A DNA stretch of 64,000 nt from Gordius albopunctatus (taxonomy: Eukaryota). Position numbers and translations under genes: made by a program. Positions 1 to 13,509 of this stretch are shown in pieces. The notes beneath the pieces are model-generated. The model had not been told where the DNA came from. It worked only from the letters and a program-made list of their open reading frames with translations, and made no database searches. Position 1 is the first letter of the stretch; every line of letters starts with the position of its first letter. The stretch lies in contig OZ193909.1 of the NCBI GenBank assembly GCA_964276515.1, positions 14,880,001 through 14,944,000 on the forward strand. Direction: 5' to 3'.

Positions 1-455
1 TCGTTTTTATGCAATTCTATTGTTGACCTGGATACTCAATACATTATATGTTCATGGTAGAGCGCTAAACAATATTAACAGTGCAGTGCCAAAATTCTTT
101 TATGCAACCTTAAATCTATCCGATTTTATAAAACAATCAAAAAATAAATGGTATTTTATCACGATTAAATTTAATAAAAATCTTTAAATAATTTACGAAT
201 TATCAATTTAAATGATTTAAATGACATAATAATTACAGCAACTTTTCTAACGAGCCATATTGCAAGATCTAACTTAATCAGATCTTCTCTGTTCTCTCCC
301 AGTTTTTCGATTTCAACTATTTTGAAAACAACTTGCATATATTTATACATATCATTTATAAATTGAATAAATGTTAAATATCGTAAATTATATTCTTGAA
401 AACCTTTTTTTAATTATTATGTAAATCAAACCAGATCCCTTAATAAGGTACGCAC

Positions 456-1032
456 TTGATGTCCATTTTAGGCATAAATCTGTACATGTAAATGTGCCCA
501 TAAAGTTCCAGCTCTTGCTCAAACTCGGGCCTCAAGACATTGTGGACGCCGAAGGGAAAGTAACGCAAGGCATTATCTACGGCTTTCTTTAAACGCAATG
601 TTTATTTAAATACTATAAAATGCTTAATGTGATTATAATTCTAAATAAATGTTCCAAATTTATAGTTAATCTTAATAGTCTTCATTTAAATAATCATTTT
701 GTTAGCTCTTAGGCATTGTAATTTGACATTCAAATGGAGGGATGTTGTATACAACAACTCAACTTTACTTCCGAATTTTATTTATAGAAAAACTAAACAA
801 GACATGCAAGGTTAAGTTATGAGTAGATTATGAATTATGCGAGAAAATTTTTAATAAAATTTATATTTAAAATATAATTATATAGTAAAGGTGGGCATAC
901 TTTTTGTTCGTCGGAATTTAGACCATGCTGCCTGTAAGGTGCATGAATTACATTCTCGTCCCTTGGATTATAATCAGGTAAGGGATCGATTGGAATACCA
1001 CGGCATAATATATCTAAACTTTTTCTAGCCAT
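456..1032 (-). CDS. UROC1: Urocanate hydratase, first two coding exons (1032-901, 586-456); the gene continues toward or beyond the window start
   Basis: Spliced translation MARKSLDILCRGIPIDPLPDYNPRDENVIHAPYRQHGLNSDEQK|KAVDNALRYFPFGVHNVLRPEFEQELELYGHIYMYRFMPKMDI resembles the metazoan UROC1 N-terminus (HAP..., NALRYFP, EF.QEL.LYGHIYMYRF). GT/AG junctions at 900 and 587. Confidence 0.9.
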
Positions 1033-1579
1033 ATTTTTAAATCTGCAAAATTAATCTCTTGTTTTTTATTAAATCTTTTTTCTTCAACATTCAACTAAGC
1101 GCGTTGGTGAATGAAAGAAGGATACACGGCCCATGGTTGAATAATGTTTTTTATGACTATGCTGATGAGATAAATTAACTTATGGCTTAAAGAATGTTTT
1201 GAAAGTTGGAGATGTATTAGAGAGTGCCTATTTTAACTTAGAAAAACATTAGGGGAAGCCGTGCCCAGTTATAGATACAAATTAGTCTCTTATTAATTTA
1301 ATGAAAAGTTAGATTTCGAACTATATATGTATTATGGCATAAGATATAGGTACAGACGTTACAAAAAATAGAAGGAAAATACGGGGTTGGGGGTGGGTAG
1401 TAGCATTAACAATTTTATCATCTATGTTAAACTAATTTGAGATTTATCTTATAAGGGAATATATATTTTATAAATTTACTACAATCTAATAATAAATTTT
1501 TTATTCACATTCCAATGTGTAAAATAAAACTACTTTGAACGCTCGCTAGTCCGTGTGCAAAAAATGAGGAGTTAATCTC

Positions 1580-2469
1580 AGGTCAGAAACTGGCCGATTC
1601 CCGTGTCAGGTAAAAATAAATTATGGTTACTAATTGATTCACAATGAAAGCGCTTTTATCGGTGTTAGAATGCGAATAACATGTTGGATTGGTTCCACAA
1701 ATGCTGAAAAGAAGAAAATTACACCCTCTGCCTAGAAGAGACGAGGTGGAATTCAACCATAGCTTGTGAATTAGGAGACGTATATAGGTTATTCCATACT
1801 GGGTCACCAAAACATATTAACGGCGGCAATATCTCTAAGGGAATATTTCAATGACAAGGTGGTGGACGATATTCAGAGAGGTTAATGTAGGTGAAGATTG
1901 CAAATAAAGGAGGCCTCCTTATGTGCACCCATGAAATATGTTTTATAAAATTAGAGAAAAACATTCTTCGATTCATGGGAAAAGGAGATACAAGGTATAT
2001 GAGAGGAAGATAAGGTAATTATTGGGGCAAACGTTCACATAGGGAGAGATCATCTCGGCTATGAACGAGATCATTGAGGCGATGAGTATGACCTAAAGCT
2101 AGGAAGGGGATTCTCCGGTACCAAGCATACGACATGTCGGCCCTAAGCACTTTTTTTAAAGCGCGAAGAGCATTTTCGTTAAGTTGACTATATGCTTAGA
2201 CGAGAAAAAGATTTATGGAGAATTAAGCTTTATGCAACATAGTCTACTTGTTATATATCTCGAAAGAAAAGTATTTCGGCGAAGAACAAAGGTTAACCTC
2301 ATATTAGAGACAAAATGCTAGAGAATAGGTCGATGAACGATGAATACAAGGAGAAAGCCCCCACACTCTTAGTCGGCAGGAAGTGAGAACATTGAAAGAA
2401 GCTAATAGCGAGAAACGGAGTTTGAGGTTCTATGTGAGACCAAAGGAGACAACACTTTGAAAAACTATG
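1580..2469 (-). mobile_element. Degenerate non-LTR retrotransposon remnant, 3' part; continues at 12844-13330 on the other side of the hAT insertion
   Basis: Higher-GC, purine-skewed decayed coding-like sequence on both sides of the GTGCTTGG TSD. The 12859-13332 ORF pieces weakly resemble the post-RT region of RLE-type LINEs. Confidence 0.35.
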
Positions 2470-2666
2470 GTGCTTGGTAGTGATGCGGAAAAACCCAGAA
2501 AAATCTCGGTCTCGTCTAGACGAGAATTTGAAAAATTGAGTCGAGATCGAGACGAGATTTTATAGTCGAGATCTCGGCTTTTTATTTTTAACTATTGAGC
2601 CTTAATTTTTTATAAAAAATAGCATCTATTTTTTATAATATAGATTTTATAAGGTATATAAGTTGA

Positions 2667-3140
2667 TTATACATTACTATAAATATCAGGAAAAAATTCA
2701 TATATCGCGATTGAATTATATTTACAAATGGTAATTGCAATTTTCTGCCTCATAAAAAATGCTTCACGTTTGTCGCCGGAAAACGTGGAAAGATGTTTTC
2801 CCACTTTTTTGATAAGGTTGAGGGCTTGAGGGCCAAATGTTGTTAAGGTAGTGGTCGCTATGGGACAGAAAATAATTGATGGACCTAGGTCAGAATATTT
2901 GGTAATTTTTTGAGCTTCAGCTGTCGCCAGTGGATCTTTATTTTGATTCGTTGGTGCAAAAGCATAGGAGCAAGTAAAATCCCAGGCCAAGCTAAGTCCT
3001 TTTTCCCAAGGAGACAGCGTTTGGCCATCAGGTCTCTTACTATCTCCACAAAGACCTGATGGTTCAAGGATGGATGGAAAGCTAGCTTTATTCATGTAGT
3101 TATGAATAACTTTATTGACGGCAGCGTGGCGTAAATATCT
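2667..3140 (-). mobile_element. 5'-truncated RLE-clade (CRE/R2-like) non-LTR retrotransposon, C-terminal restriction-like endonuclease domain
   Basis: ORF 2667-3095 carries LEPSGL..D.KRPDG.TL.PW..G..LAWD.T...AE..K..KY, the typical PD-(D/E)xK RLE motif set, preceded by an RHAAVNK motif. Confidence 0.8.
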
Positions 3141-3349
3141 TGCTAATTAATTATTTTTATTTTATTACATTTAGGATATTAAATGCAAATTAATATGAAT
3201 TTTAAACTTTTGATACTAAATTACTTACGCACCTAATTATTCGCTTCGTGCGAATTTAAAATGTTTAATATAATTTTATTCAATAGACAACATGTGGCCC
3301 TTAGAGTATATGAACAATTTGTATATCATTATTATATAATATTAAAATT

Positions 3350-4190
3350 TCAGACCTATAATAAATTATATGCAACAAGTTCATCATCCAACTCAAAAAA
3401 GAGCCGGCAGCTCAAAAATTTCACAAAATCCAAGGATGAATCAAATAAAATGTCGAAGTGTAAATTGTGCTTTAAAGTAGTAAGACTGGTAGTATGGTTA
3501 CCTTTTTTGAATATACCAACTCGATCCTTGGTTAAATGTCTTAACCTTTATTATTCAAGTATTCACATACCCTAATCATAAAAGTGCATACATTCAAGTA
3601 TTCGAAGGTCTGGCAATTCAACGTTATTATTCACACAAATAACCTCGCCAGATGTGTATATAAACGCGATATTTAAAAAGTATTTATTCATTGTTTTGCT
3701 TTCTATTATTTGGAAACAAAATAGTTGTTTGTTCTCCTACATTTCTTTGTATAATAAATACTATATTTATCTTACTATTTAGGAATTGAGCAGCAACAAT
3801 AGCAATACTTCAGGTCTTCAACGACATCTTAAACGTTACCATCATGAGGATTACTAAAAATTTACCCTGCTCAAGTTAATAAGGAATTAAATTACCCAAA
3901 CCTTTTTTCCGCGAACTTAGATGCTTTAGAAAATTTAAGCATTTAACAGCTATTATATATCAAACATATTCTCTTGAAATGACTAAATAATTGTATATAT
4001 TATATAATTAGTTGATTAAAAATATAATTATCCCAATTTAGCAGTAATGGCTGGAGATTTTTGAGCACTCAGGCGACCTCGGTGCCTGCCGAAAGATTGT
4101 TTTATCAGGCGTCTCTCACTATTCGAAAACATCGTAAAAGATTAACTCATGAATCAGTCAGGAGCTTTCTATGACTAAACTCATGGCACA
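3350..4190 (+). pseudogene. Internally deleted hAT transposase: BED zinc finger (split by an intron) plus C-terminal dimerisation domain
   Basis: SKCKLCFK|(GT 3477..AG 3782)|ELSSNNSNTSGLQRHLKRYH is a BED finger. The region near 4030-4190 reads ...ATSVPAERLFYQASLTIRKHRKRL...LNSW with a stop and frameshift. Confidence 0.75.
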
Positions 4191-4929
4191 CATCAACAAT
4201 TCTCAACACAACACATTCATTACATTTTACGTCAAAATGTAGGTTTGACAGATGCATTAAAATTCACTGAATATTTTTCAAAATGCTGCAATTTATCAAT
4301 AAATTAAAATATATGAACATAAGCTTTATTAGTACGTAATTATTTTATGCGAAGATTAGTAATATACTTGGTTATGAATGGGATGTCACACTGTCACACT
4401 ATAATAAAATTTAGAAGATAATAACAACCCCTTTCAGGAGTGCCCGCAATTAAATTAAAAGAATACTCTAATTAGTGCCATCTATAGGCAATCTTAATGG
4501 CAACAAATTATTTTGCAAAGTTTTTTATTCAAAGTGCACAGTTTTTTTTTGCCATTTTCCAAGTTTTTTATTCAATTTGCCAAGTTTTGAATTAAATGTT
4601 TAGATTTTTATTTGTTTTCTCAGAGATTTATTGACGTCCTACACACAAGACTGAAGTTTTCTCGCATTAGATATTTAAAAGTATAATAAAAATGTTACAG
4701 TATACGATCAAAATTATTTGGGTTTAACAAACTATTTAAATTCAATAAATAATATTTAAATTATTATCACGTGGTCGATCATGGAAGCATATTTTTAATA
4801 ATTATCCATCCTTCAATTAATTATTTTATTATATTAAAGAAAATTGTATTTCCAATAAATCAGCTAACTAGAAAAATAAAATAATGGTATTATTGTATAA
4901 TGGTAATAAGCAGATTTTGAATTAGGGGG

Positions 4930-5680
4930 TGGGGGCAGATTTTTAGAAAATAAAATTTCTCCACTATCCAAAAATTTTCATGAAAGCAAAAAAAAAGGTC
5001 TTCGACTACTAAATTCCTAAATTTTTCCTGAGACCCGCAAGGGGGGTAGCCGCCCTCCCTGCCCTTCCTTGGCTAATTGGGGGGGGGGCGGGGGCAAAAC
5101 ATAATTTTTAAGGGTTTTTGTATTGAAAAATTATTTTTTTTAAATTAGGGGGGGGGGGGGGTGGAGGGGTACAACAAAGTCATTTTTTTGCTTATTTTTC
5201 ACGTCATTTATCATTATTATCATAGGACGGTCGTGTCCCCTCCTGCGTTACTAAATAAATTAAAAAATCTAATTTTGTCATTTTTTGCGCGTTAAATAAG
5301 GAGAAAAATGAAAATACAATTAACAAAATGCCAATAAATGTTGATATATCTCAGTTCTTCGGATATTATTAAGTTAAGAATTAAAAGTTTTATTCAGAAA
5401 CAAAAAATTATGATATTGTTTCTTAATTACAAAAAAATATAAAAAAATTGCTTGAAGGGCAAGGGGGCAAAAGATTTTTCCCTTTGGGGGGGGGGCACGG
5501 GGCCAGGTTTTATCTCTTGGGTGGGCCTGGGCCTTGGACCCTCTTTAACTATTTGTTTAAAGATCATCAAACTTCATTTTTACTTCAATAACCGCTTTAT
5601 CATCATTTATGCCCTAAAATTCCAACATAATTTAATACACCCGGATAAATGGCAAAACAACATTTGCCGGGTTCATCTAG
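4930..5680 (+). mobile_element. Non-autonomous Helitron-like element, 3' part (same family as 38162-39222)
   Basis: Closely similar to 38495-39222. Ends in a CCCGG...CCGGG hairpin followed by CTAG|T. Confidence 0.7.
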
Positions 5681-6556
5681 TTTTATTATATTTGCAGTGG
5701 GGGGCCGGGGGGCCCGGCCCCCCCCCCCCAAGGGAAAAATCTTGGGCCCCCGGGCCCCTTCCGTCATTATTTTTTTATCTTAATTAAGAAACAATATAAA
5801 TATTATTATTATTGTTTCTGGATAAAATTTTTAATTATAATATTACAATTAAAAATAAAAATGCTGTATAAGACAATAAAGGGTGAAAATTGTATCAAAT
5901 TGTTGAGTTGACATAATTACATAATTTCAAAATTAATATTAATTTAAAACCCGAGTTTTTTATAATTAATTTCCAATTTACTTTTATTAATTAATATGAA
6001 TAGCAATAGCAAGAAGCAATTAAAGCTTAACATGATTTTAAAGCCCTTAGCTCCAAGCAATAGGTTAAATCAAATAGGTATTTAAAATTTTTATTATTAG
6101 GTTTATATAAATATAATATTATGTGAAGAAAAAAATGGAGTCCTGAAAGGTATTTACTTAGTGTTAGTGCTTTCATTCATTTATTCAAATACAAATTTAT
6201 AGAAAATGAAAAGGAGAATTACATTGAGATTGGCAGTAATAGTAATAGCTCTTCATCCTCAACCTCGAGTAATTCATTAAATTAAATAATTTCAAAAGCC
6301 ATAAATTAGGTTACACTGAAGGTCTTACTAATTTAATTGAAAATGGCATTCTAGAAAATTCCAATCATAAAAATAAAAGATTGATTTGAGAATTGATTTA
6401 TTATTTGCTATGCAATTTTATTATCCTATCATCGATAGAATAATAATTAGAATTAAACCTAAAATTTTCGTAAATTAATTGTAATTTATATAAGTCCTTA
6501 GAAGGTTTAAACCCTTCATCCCCTTTTTTGCCATAAATCTCTTTTATCAGAAATAA

Positions 6557-6880
6557 CACAGTTCAACAAGAAAAATTAACCGGCAAACTGTTTGCAGATT
6601 CTGGTAGAGTTTTTCACGGTGAACACAAATATGTTTTTAGTTTTTTACCTATACGTCAAGTTTTTTAAATATTCGCTGTCAAAGGTGCCAAAAACGTGAT
6701 TTTACCGTTTTTTAAACGTCAATAACTTGCAAATTAGTCGGTAAAAATTTTATTTAATAGATTTAATACGTAGAGATAGGGGAGAGGAATGTATTTACAA
6801 TTTTTTTTATCGTAGAACTTTTACTTTTTAAATTATATACAAAATTAATTATCCCTATTTTTTGCATTGACAAATTACAC
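6557..6880. repeat. Dispersed DNA-transposon terminus (CAC-start, possibly Transib-like); related copy at about 35480-35910
   Basis: CACAGTT...AACCGGCAAACTGTTTGCAGATT matches the reverse complement of 35870-35910. Confidence 0.35.
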
Positions 6881-7082
6881 CAGACTTGAGGTCGCCCTCC
6901 CTTCTCTTCAACACTAGGAATTAAGTGCGTGTTGTTGTTTTGGTAATAGTAGTATAGTAGTAGAGTAGATAAATATTAACCTTTCTTGTTTCTTAGTTTC
7001 GCTCGTTAGCTACCCGAATATGAAAAAAGCTTCTAAAAAAATTACGGTAACATAATTAGATGATTCAAGAAGATCGTGGCTC

Positions 7083-7652
7083 TTGAATAGATCTTCTTGC
7101 ATAAGTCGTTCAACTAAAAGTGATCCAGCTCAGGTGTGCAACACTAAGCAATTTATATTTTCTATTTGGGACGATGATGAAACGGGAAAAAAACCTGAAG
7201 ATGCTAAGCTAGATGTAATTTTATGGTGGAAAGAACACCAACTTATGCTACCAAACTTAACAATATTAGCTAGTCAGTTTTTGTCAATTCCAGCCAACAA
7301 TGCTACGAGTGAACGCACATTGAGTAAGGCAAGTCGCCTTATAGTAGAGAGATCAACGAAATTTTTGCCTGATAGAATAGATAGTCTATTATTTTTAAAT
7401 GACAATATTAAATTCTAAATTTTAATTAAAACCGATTTTATATGCTATAGCTAAATTATTTTTTCAACAATACAAAATAGTTTTTATACAAAGAAATAAT
7501 TTTGAAACAACGTAGACTTGTTAGTACTCGTGCGGGCATGATGCGGCGCAATTTTTGAGATTTTTTTGCGGGCCGGGTGCGGGCCAAAAAATTATATTTG
7601 TGCGGGTATGGGCCGGGCCTGAACCTAAAATTTCGGCCCATGCAGACCTCTA
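7083..7652 (+). mobile_element. hAT element 3' fragment with dimerisation-domain ORF and terminal repeat
   Basis: ORF contains LWWKEH...LPNL..LA.QFLSIPA.NA.SER.LS. Ends with GGCCCG subterminal repeats and TGCAGACCTCTA. Confidence 0.8.
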
Positions 7653-8369
7653 ATCTTCCTTAGATTTATTGAGCTTAGAACATGACTTTATAAATGTTAT
7701 TTCCCTGGATGATATTATAAATTTGTTTGCAACGTCGAGTAAAAGGCGTAATGAACTACTATTAAAAGACTAATTTTAATATTTAATGAAAAATTAAACT
7801 TTTTAATACTTTCAAAATATATTAAAATATTATTAAATTTACAAAAATTCCATCCTGGTTTAATTTTAATTGTCCATTTCACATGCTTATTGTTTAACAT
7901 ATCTTGCATATTTTTATGTACCACATGCACATATAAAGTCAATAGTTTTCCAAAAAATTGATTGTACACCATTTTTTCCCCCTTCATTAGTGATATCCCA
8001 TCATAAGTTTGATAAATTAATATTAATAACCAATTGCTGAATTTCATACAATTGTTAACGCATCAAAACTTTCAAGGGATAAAAATCCTAAAAAAAATTC
8101 ATTATGTTTGTCTTTGGACGCTAAGTTGTTCTTTGCATCAAATTAGCAAATAAAATTTTGATTCATTTGATTGTGAAAGAATATTTTTGGCCATGGCTAC
8201 ATCTACCATTTATTTTAGTAAGCGCAACCATTTTTAAAAAACGAGTTTCTTATAATTACCATTACGCACGTTCGGTAATTTGTTTGTTTACGTGTAAAGA
8301 ATAGCCATTTGTAAAACAGCATGGATGACAAAAAGTAAAAAACAAACAAGAGAGTAAACTTCAAAATCT

Positions 8370-8602
8370 TCTTGGGATTCATTAAATTATGCACAAGTAT
8401 ATTAATTTTAAATTTATTTATATTATTTAGATTCTCAAGCTGATATTCCTGAAATAGAGACAGCTTCAAAGAATGCTTTACCATTTGTTCTTAATCTTAT
8501 TCTTGGGATTCATTAAATTATGCACAAGTATATTAATTTTAAATTTATTTATATTATTTAGATTCTCAAGCTGATAAAGAATGCTTTACCATTTGTTCTT
8601 AA
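8370..8602. repeat. Local tandem duplication (two copies, about 125 and 100 bp)
   Basis: TTCTTGGGATTCATTAAATTATGCACAAG...AAAGAATGCTTTACCATTTGTTCTTAAT occurs twice; the second copy has an internal deletion. Confidence 0.85.
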
Positions 8603-8767
8603 TTTTAATATATTTAAAAAATGATGTAATATTTGATAATATCAACATTTGTCCATACTTTAGAAATAAATATTGAGTTTCCAAACTTAAGCCTTTAATA
8701 TATTAGATAATTTGATTGCTTATAAATGTAAAAAACAAACACTAAGTGTGAAATTACTTATAAATAG

Positions 8768-9769
8768 TAGTGCTGTAAACATTTGTAAAAAAATCGAACG
8801 CGTTCACGTTCACGTTCGTTCAAAATTTTATGATACATTTTTTTAAAGTTTAATTTAATATAAATAAATGTCTTATATTTTTTAATACAATAAATAGCCA
8901 TGATAAAAAATAAGTTTTATTTCGACAATATAATTATAAATCAATATAATCTATTTTCTTATTTATTTTTAATAATAATTGTTTTTCAAAATTGTCTTCT
9001 GATAAGCAGGAACGCTTGGCAGTTAATACAGCATTAGCTATACTAAAAACCTGCTCCACAGGGACAGATGAGGGGATTGGAGTATTATACTTAATAAACA
9101 AATTTTTTAAAGGATGAAAGATATTAAAAACTTTTAATGTTTTGTCCCTCGCTTCAAAAAATTGCGACAAGATATCATCCTCCAATGCGCCCTCTACTTC
9201 TTCGCGAAAAAATGATATCTCGGAATTGAGAGCTCTTTCAAATTATCAATTCCAGGGGTTTCAATCCCTTTTTTCAATAACACTAAAAGTTTATTCTTTA
9301 TAGGTTCATTTTAATTATTGAATTTGATCTTTTATATGAAACGAATGAAAAATATTTTTCATATTTTGGCCATGGCAATTTCAATTCATCTGCTGATTTT
9401 GAATATTCAGAATCTGAAGATGACGACGATATAATATTATGATTGTCCATATTAACCTATAAATTAAACTATAATTAATAATATCAAACTAATTAACTTT
9501 AATCTTATCTTCTTTTGCACGTTATAGTATGTTAAAAGTATTTCGGAATTGGTAATAGGAAACAGGAAAAACAGCTGATTAAAAATATAATACTTTTTTG
9601 TTAAAAATTCGGATTGACATTAATTTTTAAATTAATAAAAACAAAAAAGGGTTTTTAAAATTGAACGAACGTTAAATTCGAACGCGTTCACGTTCAAAGT
9701 TCACCAAAAAATAAAAGAACGCCGTTCATGAACGCGTTCAAAATTTGAACGCGTTCATTTACAGCACTA
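8768..9769 (-). mobile_element. 1.0-kb hAT deletion derivative nested in the MULE
   Basis: TIR TAGTGCTGTAAA, 8-bp TSD ATAAATAG (8760-8767, 9770-9777), GAACGCGTTC subterminal repeats. ORF 8934-9185 has KYNTPIPSSVPVEQVFS (hAT dimerisation domain). Confidence 0.9.
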
Positions 9770-12186
9770 ATAAATAGTTGTTTTAATCGCAAATTTAGGT
9801 AATGTAATCATCTTAATATTGGAATTCAAATCAAAGTTTTATGTAATGAATTTTTTCAAAATAATTTATGCAACTTTTTTCAGTTTCAAGTTAAATGAAT
9901 ATCAAAACAATTAAATTTAAATGTCTATTTTATATAATTTAGTTTGATTTCATATTTTAAATAATTTAAAAAGAGAATTGTATATGCATCTAGGTTCTTA
10001 TTTAATTTTATTGATAAAAGACTAATAAATAATTTATAAAATACATCTTTTATTAACTATAGATAATAATATCATAATGTATAGATCATTTAAATAAAGT
10101 AGGGAACTGTAAAACACGTGGAAGAGTTTTTTGCACTTTAATAGGTTTGCTTTTCTGCTTAGAGATTAAACCTAAAAAAATATATAATATAATCAATATA
10201 TATTAATTTACTAGTGTCCTTTTTCAATCTACCATTGCCTTTCCTAAACTTTGGAGGCATTTTAATAGACTCCAATCTATTTTCAATACCTAAAAAGTTT
10301 ACAACAGTTTAAATTTAATTACTTTTTAGAATAGGTTGTTGAGAATCACTAACATCATTTTTGAGGATTGCCTACATCTTAATTATGAAATTAACAATAA
10401 AACTTAAGTTACTTGCAGCCATTCTGAAGATGTCAGGGACTCTACGTTCTAACATATTCGCTTTGAAATGTTCAATACCAATGAAATACATATCAAACAA
10501 ATTATCATCCATCTCACATGCTATAGAATTTAATTCTGAAGTTATACTTTGGAATTTTTTGTATTTTTGGACAATGATCTTTCAATTGTAGGCACATTGT
10601 CAATTTGAATAACCTCATTTTCAGAATCCACATTAATTGGCCCAGATTTTACCCATCTCTCTGGGCATAATTTAGTGTCAAAGTATTCAATGTTGTTAAA
10701 TCCCCCAGCCTTATTATTTTTTAAGTAAATATCTATCACACCTTGGCCATTATCATGCTGGCATAATGTAGTAATGGCATTGACTAAATCATTCTTTTCA
10801 ACATCTTGATTTAGACTGGACCTTAAGTTGTGCAAATCTTTACACAAAAAGATTTTTCCACTTTGCATTAACAAAGACTGTAGTTTCATGATATTTGCAT
10901 TAACAGCCAAACCATTTGAAGCCAGCATAATCTATTCTTTGTTTATTTTCCGTTGCTTTGGCTGATGCTTGAAAATTTCTTCACCTTAAAAGATAATATA
11001 TAGAATAAAAATAATTATTTACTCAGAATGTGGTTGTGCTCTGAATGAAACTTTTTCGGGACAAACGAATGCTTGTCTCCAGTTTGAACAAGACTAAAAG
11101 CCATAAAGCTTTGGCAATGCTCTTTCTTCGTAGAAGTCTGGCGAATCCCTGTGGATTTACTTCTAAACTTCTTCCCCCCCCTTTAACACAGCAGTATTTG
11201 ATTGATTTATATTTAAATTTTGTTCTTATATCTTCAGCAACATCCTTGTCAATTAATGAAAATTATTTTTTCATATTCCACCTTAGCCTTGAGTAAATTA
11301 GATAGTGATTCAAAATAATGTCCAAAAGTTTCTTTCTATAACGATATAATACTTTTAAAAAAATTATACTTACCATCTTTATACAATCGAATGACCCTAG
11401 GCGAATAAAATCAAAAAAAAATAATTGTGCTATTTAATTGTAAACAACGACATCATAATACCGATCATTTGTTCATCGGAAAATGGTAATTATAAGAAAC
11501 GCGTTTTTTCAAAATGGTTGCGCTTACTAAAATAAATGGTAGATGTAGCCATGGCCAATATTTTTAAGGTTCATTGAGCCGTTAAATTTATTAGTTCATT
11601 TTAATTTTTAGGTGATGTAAGGGGGGGGGGTTGTACAAGTATATCTATAATATCAGGGGCAATAACTTCTAAATACTTATTCTTGAACGAATTTTAATTT
11701 CATATATTTTTTTTAATTTTATGTTATAATTACGCCTTAAAAAAGGCCTTTAAATGTTCTCATTGTTCTCCTGATATAAATGCTGCCTGAAAATGCTGCC
11801 AATATTGCATATGTAAAATTAAAATTTGTTCTATATATGGCCAAGATTTTTGGGGTTGTGACAATAATTTTTATAAAAACTTTGTTATATAGTTTAACTA
11901 TTTGCATTATTTTTTAAAATGCCAACGACTTCTTGTGAATATCCCCGTTCCACTTTTCCCCTTACAATTCATTTATACAAAAATTATTATACCATGTGAA
12001 ATTTTCTATCTTGTTTCAACTACATCACTTTGTTTTACTTATGAATAAATTTTATTTATTTTATGCTCTATAAACATGAGGGGACATATTAGCGTGATGT
12101 TAATGGAAAAAATACACAAAGTAGTAGCGGAATTTTATGTTTGTCCAACGTTCACGAGGGAAAATTTTTTTAATTGCATTTAACCC

Positions 12187-12341
12187 ATGGTCGTATTTAG
12201 GTTTTGGATTGGGGGGGGGGAGCAAAACATAAATATTTTTTATTCAGGTGGACGTAGGAAATTTTTTTGTCCCTCCCCTATTGGACCAGCTCAGCCCCCC
12301 CCCCCCCCCCCCCCAAGGCAAAAAGGCTAGCTACGCCACTG
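12187..12341. mobile_element. Short GC-rich MITE family CATGGGCGTAGCCAG...GGCTACGCCCATG; other copies at about 27546, 31740, 38482, 41038, 45980, 48780, 50805, 58972, 61476 and 61896
   Basis: At least 10 dispersed copies with 13-15-bp TIRs and G/C runs. The copy at about 61476-61622 has an 8-bp TSD TCAACAAA. Confidence 0.75.
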
Positions 12342-13509
12342 TTTGCAATGTTCAGATAATTACTTGTTTTAAATAATGATAATATTTTTAAAAGTTCACC
12401 CTCTCATTTTCGTCATTATTCTAACGTTATTATATAAGATGTCAATAAATTCATTATGTTAAAATATGATTATATTATTAAACCTTATCCTTTTATTGAG
12501 CCTGAGCCAGGAAATAAAAGTTATTAATTAGCAACTTTATGTCTTCGAGTCAAGTAGTATATTACACCTATATTAATGCTTCCTGCCTTAAGTTACTCAT
12601 CTAGCTTGTGTTTTGGGGTTTGAGAAAAAAGTGATTCCATTATGACCATTGACCAATTTATATCTTACATACTAATTTAAAAGAGCTAGAAAAAAAATAT
12701 TGGTCTAATTATTTTTAAAAGTCGAGACGAAAGGAGAATTCTCGGCGAGACGAGATCGAGATATTTCTAGGCCGAGACGAGACGAGATCAAGATTTTAAT
12801 AATCGCACCCGAGACGAGACGAGATCGAAACACTAGTGCTTGGGAATCGTTTAGTAATTTACCACAACAAAAACTTTATATAAACGGTGGCATAAATATA
12901 AAAAGTTAGAGGATTGACAAGATTATAGGGAAGCAAAAAGGGCAGCGATGAAGGCCGTTGCAATAGCAAAGAATCTGCGTACACGGACATGGCAATCAAA
13001 CTCGTGATGTCGAAATCCTTAAGGTAGTCAAAAACGGGAAGGGTCAAATCCTATTCAGGCTGAAGAAAGGATTGGAAAGGTGGATAGAATATTTTAGGAA
13101 ACTTATCAATATTGTAAATCTTCCTGATATTGAAGGCATAGATTTGGTCGAACTCATTAAGGGGGATGATGTTTGTACACAAATGAACGAGACACAAAAC
13201 AAAAAATATAATGGACCCAGATAAAATTCTTATGGAAGCATAGGTGAGATGCCCATAGGAAGGAGAACCATGAAGAGTGTCTTGGAGAAAACTTATGACG
13301 CTGACTCTCGTGATTTGGTGCTGAGAAAACAAAATATCCCGGTTGCTTAAAAACGCATGAAAAATATTTATGTATTTTAAAATTCTTGCAGGAAAACGAC
13401 GTTTGGACCCTCTAAACCTTTATGGATTAAAGTTAAACACAACCCTAGCACTAACTCCTAATCCTAGCACTAACCTTACCACAACACTTTTAACCCAACT
13501 CTAACCTAA

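Larger units (their letters stand above)
8189..11556 (-). mobile_element. Mutator-like element (MULE) with decayed FAR1/ZSWIM3-type transposase
   Basis: TIRs of about 46 bp starting GGCCATGGCTACATCTACCATTTATTTTAGTAAGCGCAACCATTTT, 9-bp TSD AATATTTTT (8180-8188, 11557-11565). Minus-strand remnants include YKSIKYCC..GG, HSEHNH and KDLHNLR. Confidence 0.85.
2478..12835 (+). mobile_element. Large hAT-type element (10.4 kb including nested insertions)
   Basis: Termini TAGTG...CACTA, 8-bp TSD GTGCTTGG at 2470-2477 and 12836-12843, CGAGACGAGA subterminal repeats at both ends, and hAT transposase remnants inside. Confidence 0.8.

Noticed and set aside
5452..5787. ORFs with GP-rich ends (also 38870-39233, 48745-49023, 53181-53363, 58974-59204, 60328-60525)
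   Set aside because: These are translations of G/C-run MITE or Helitron sequence, not genes.
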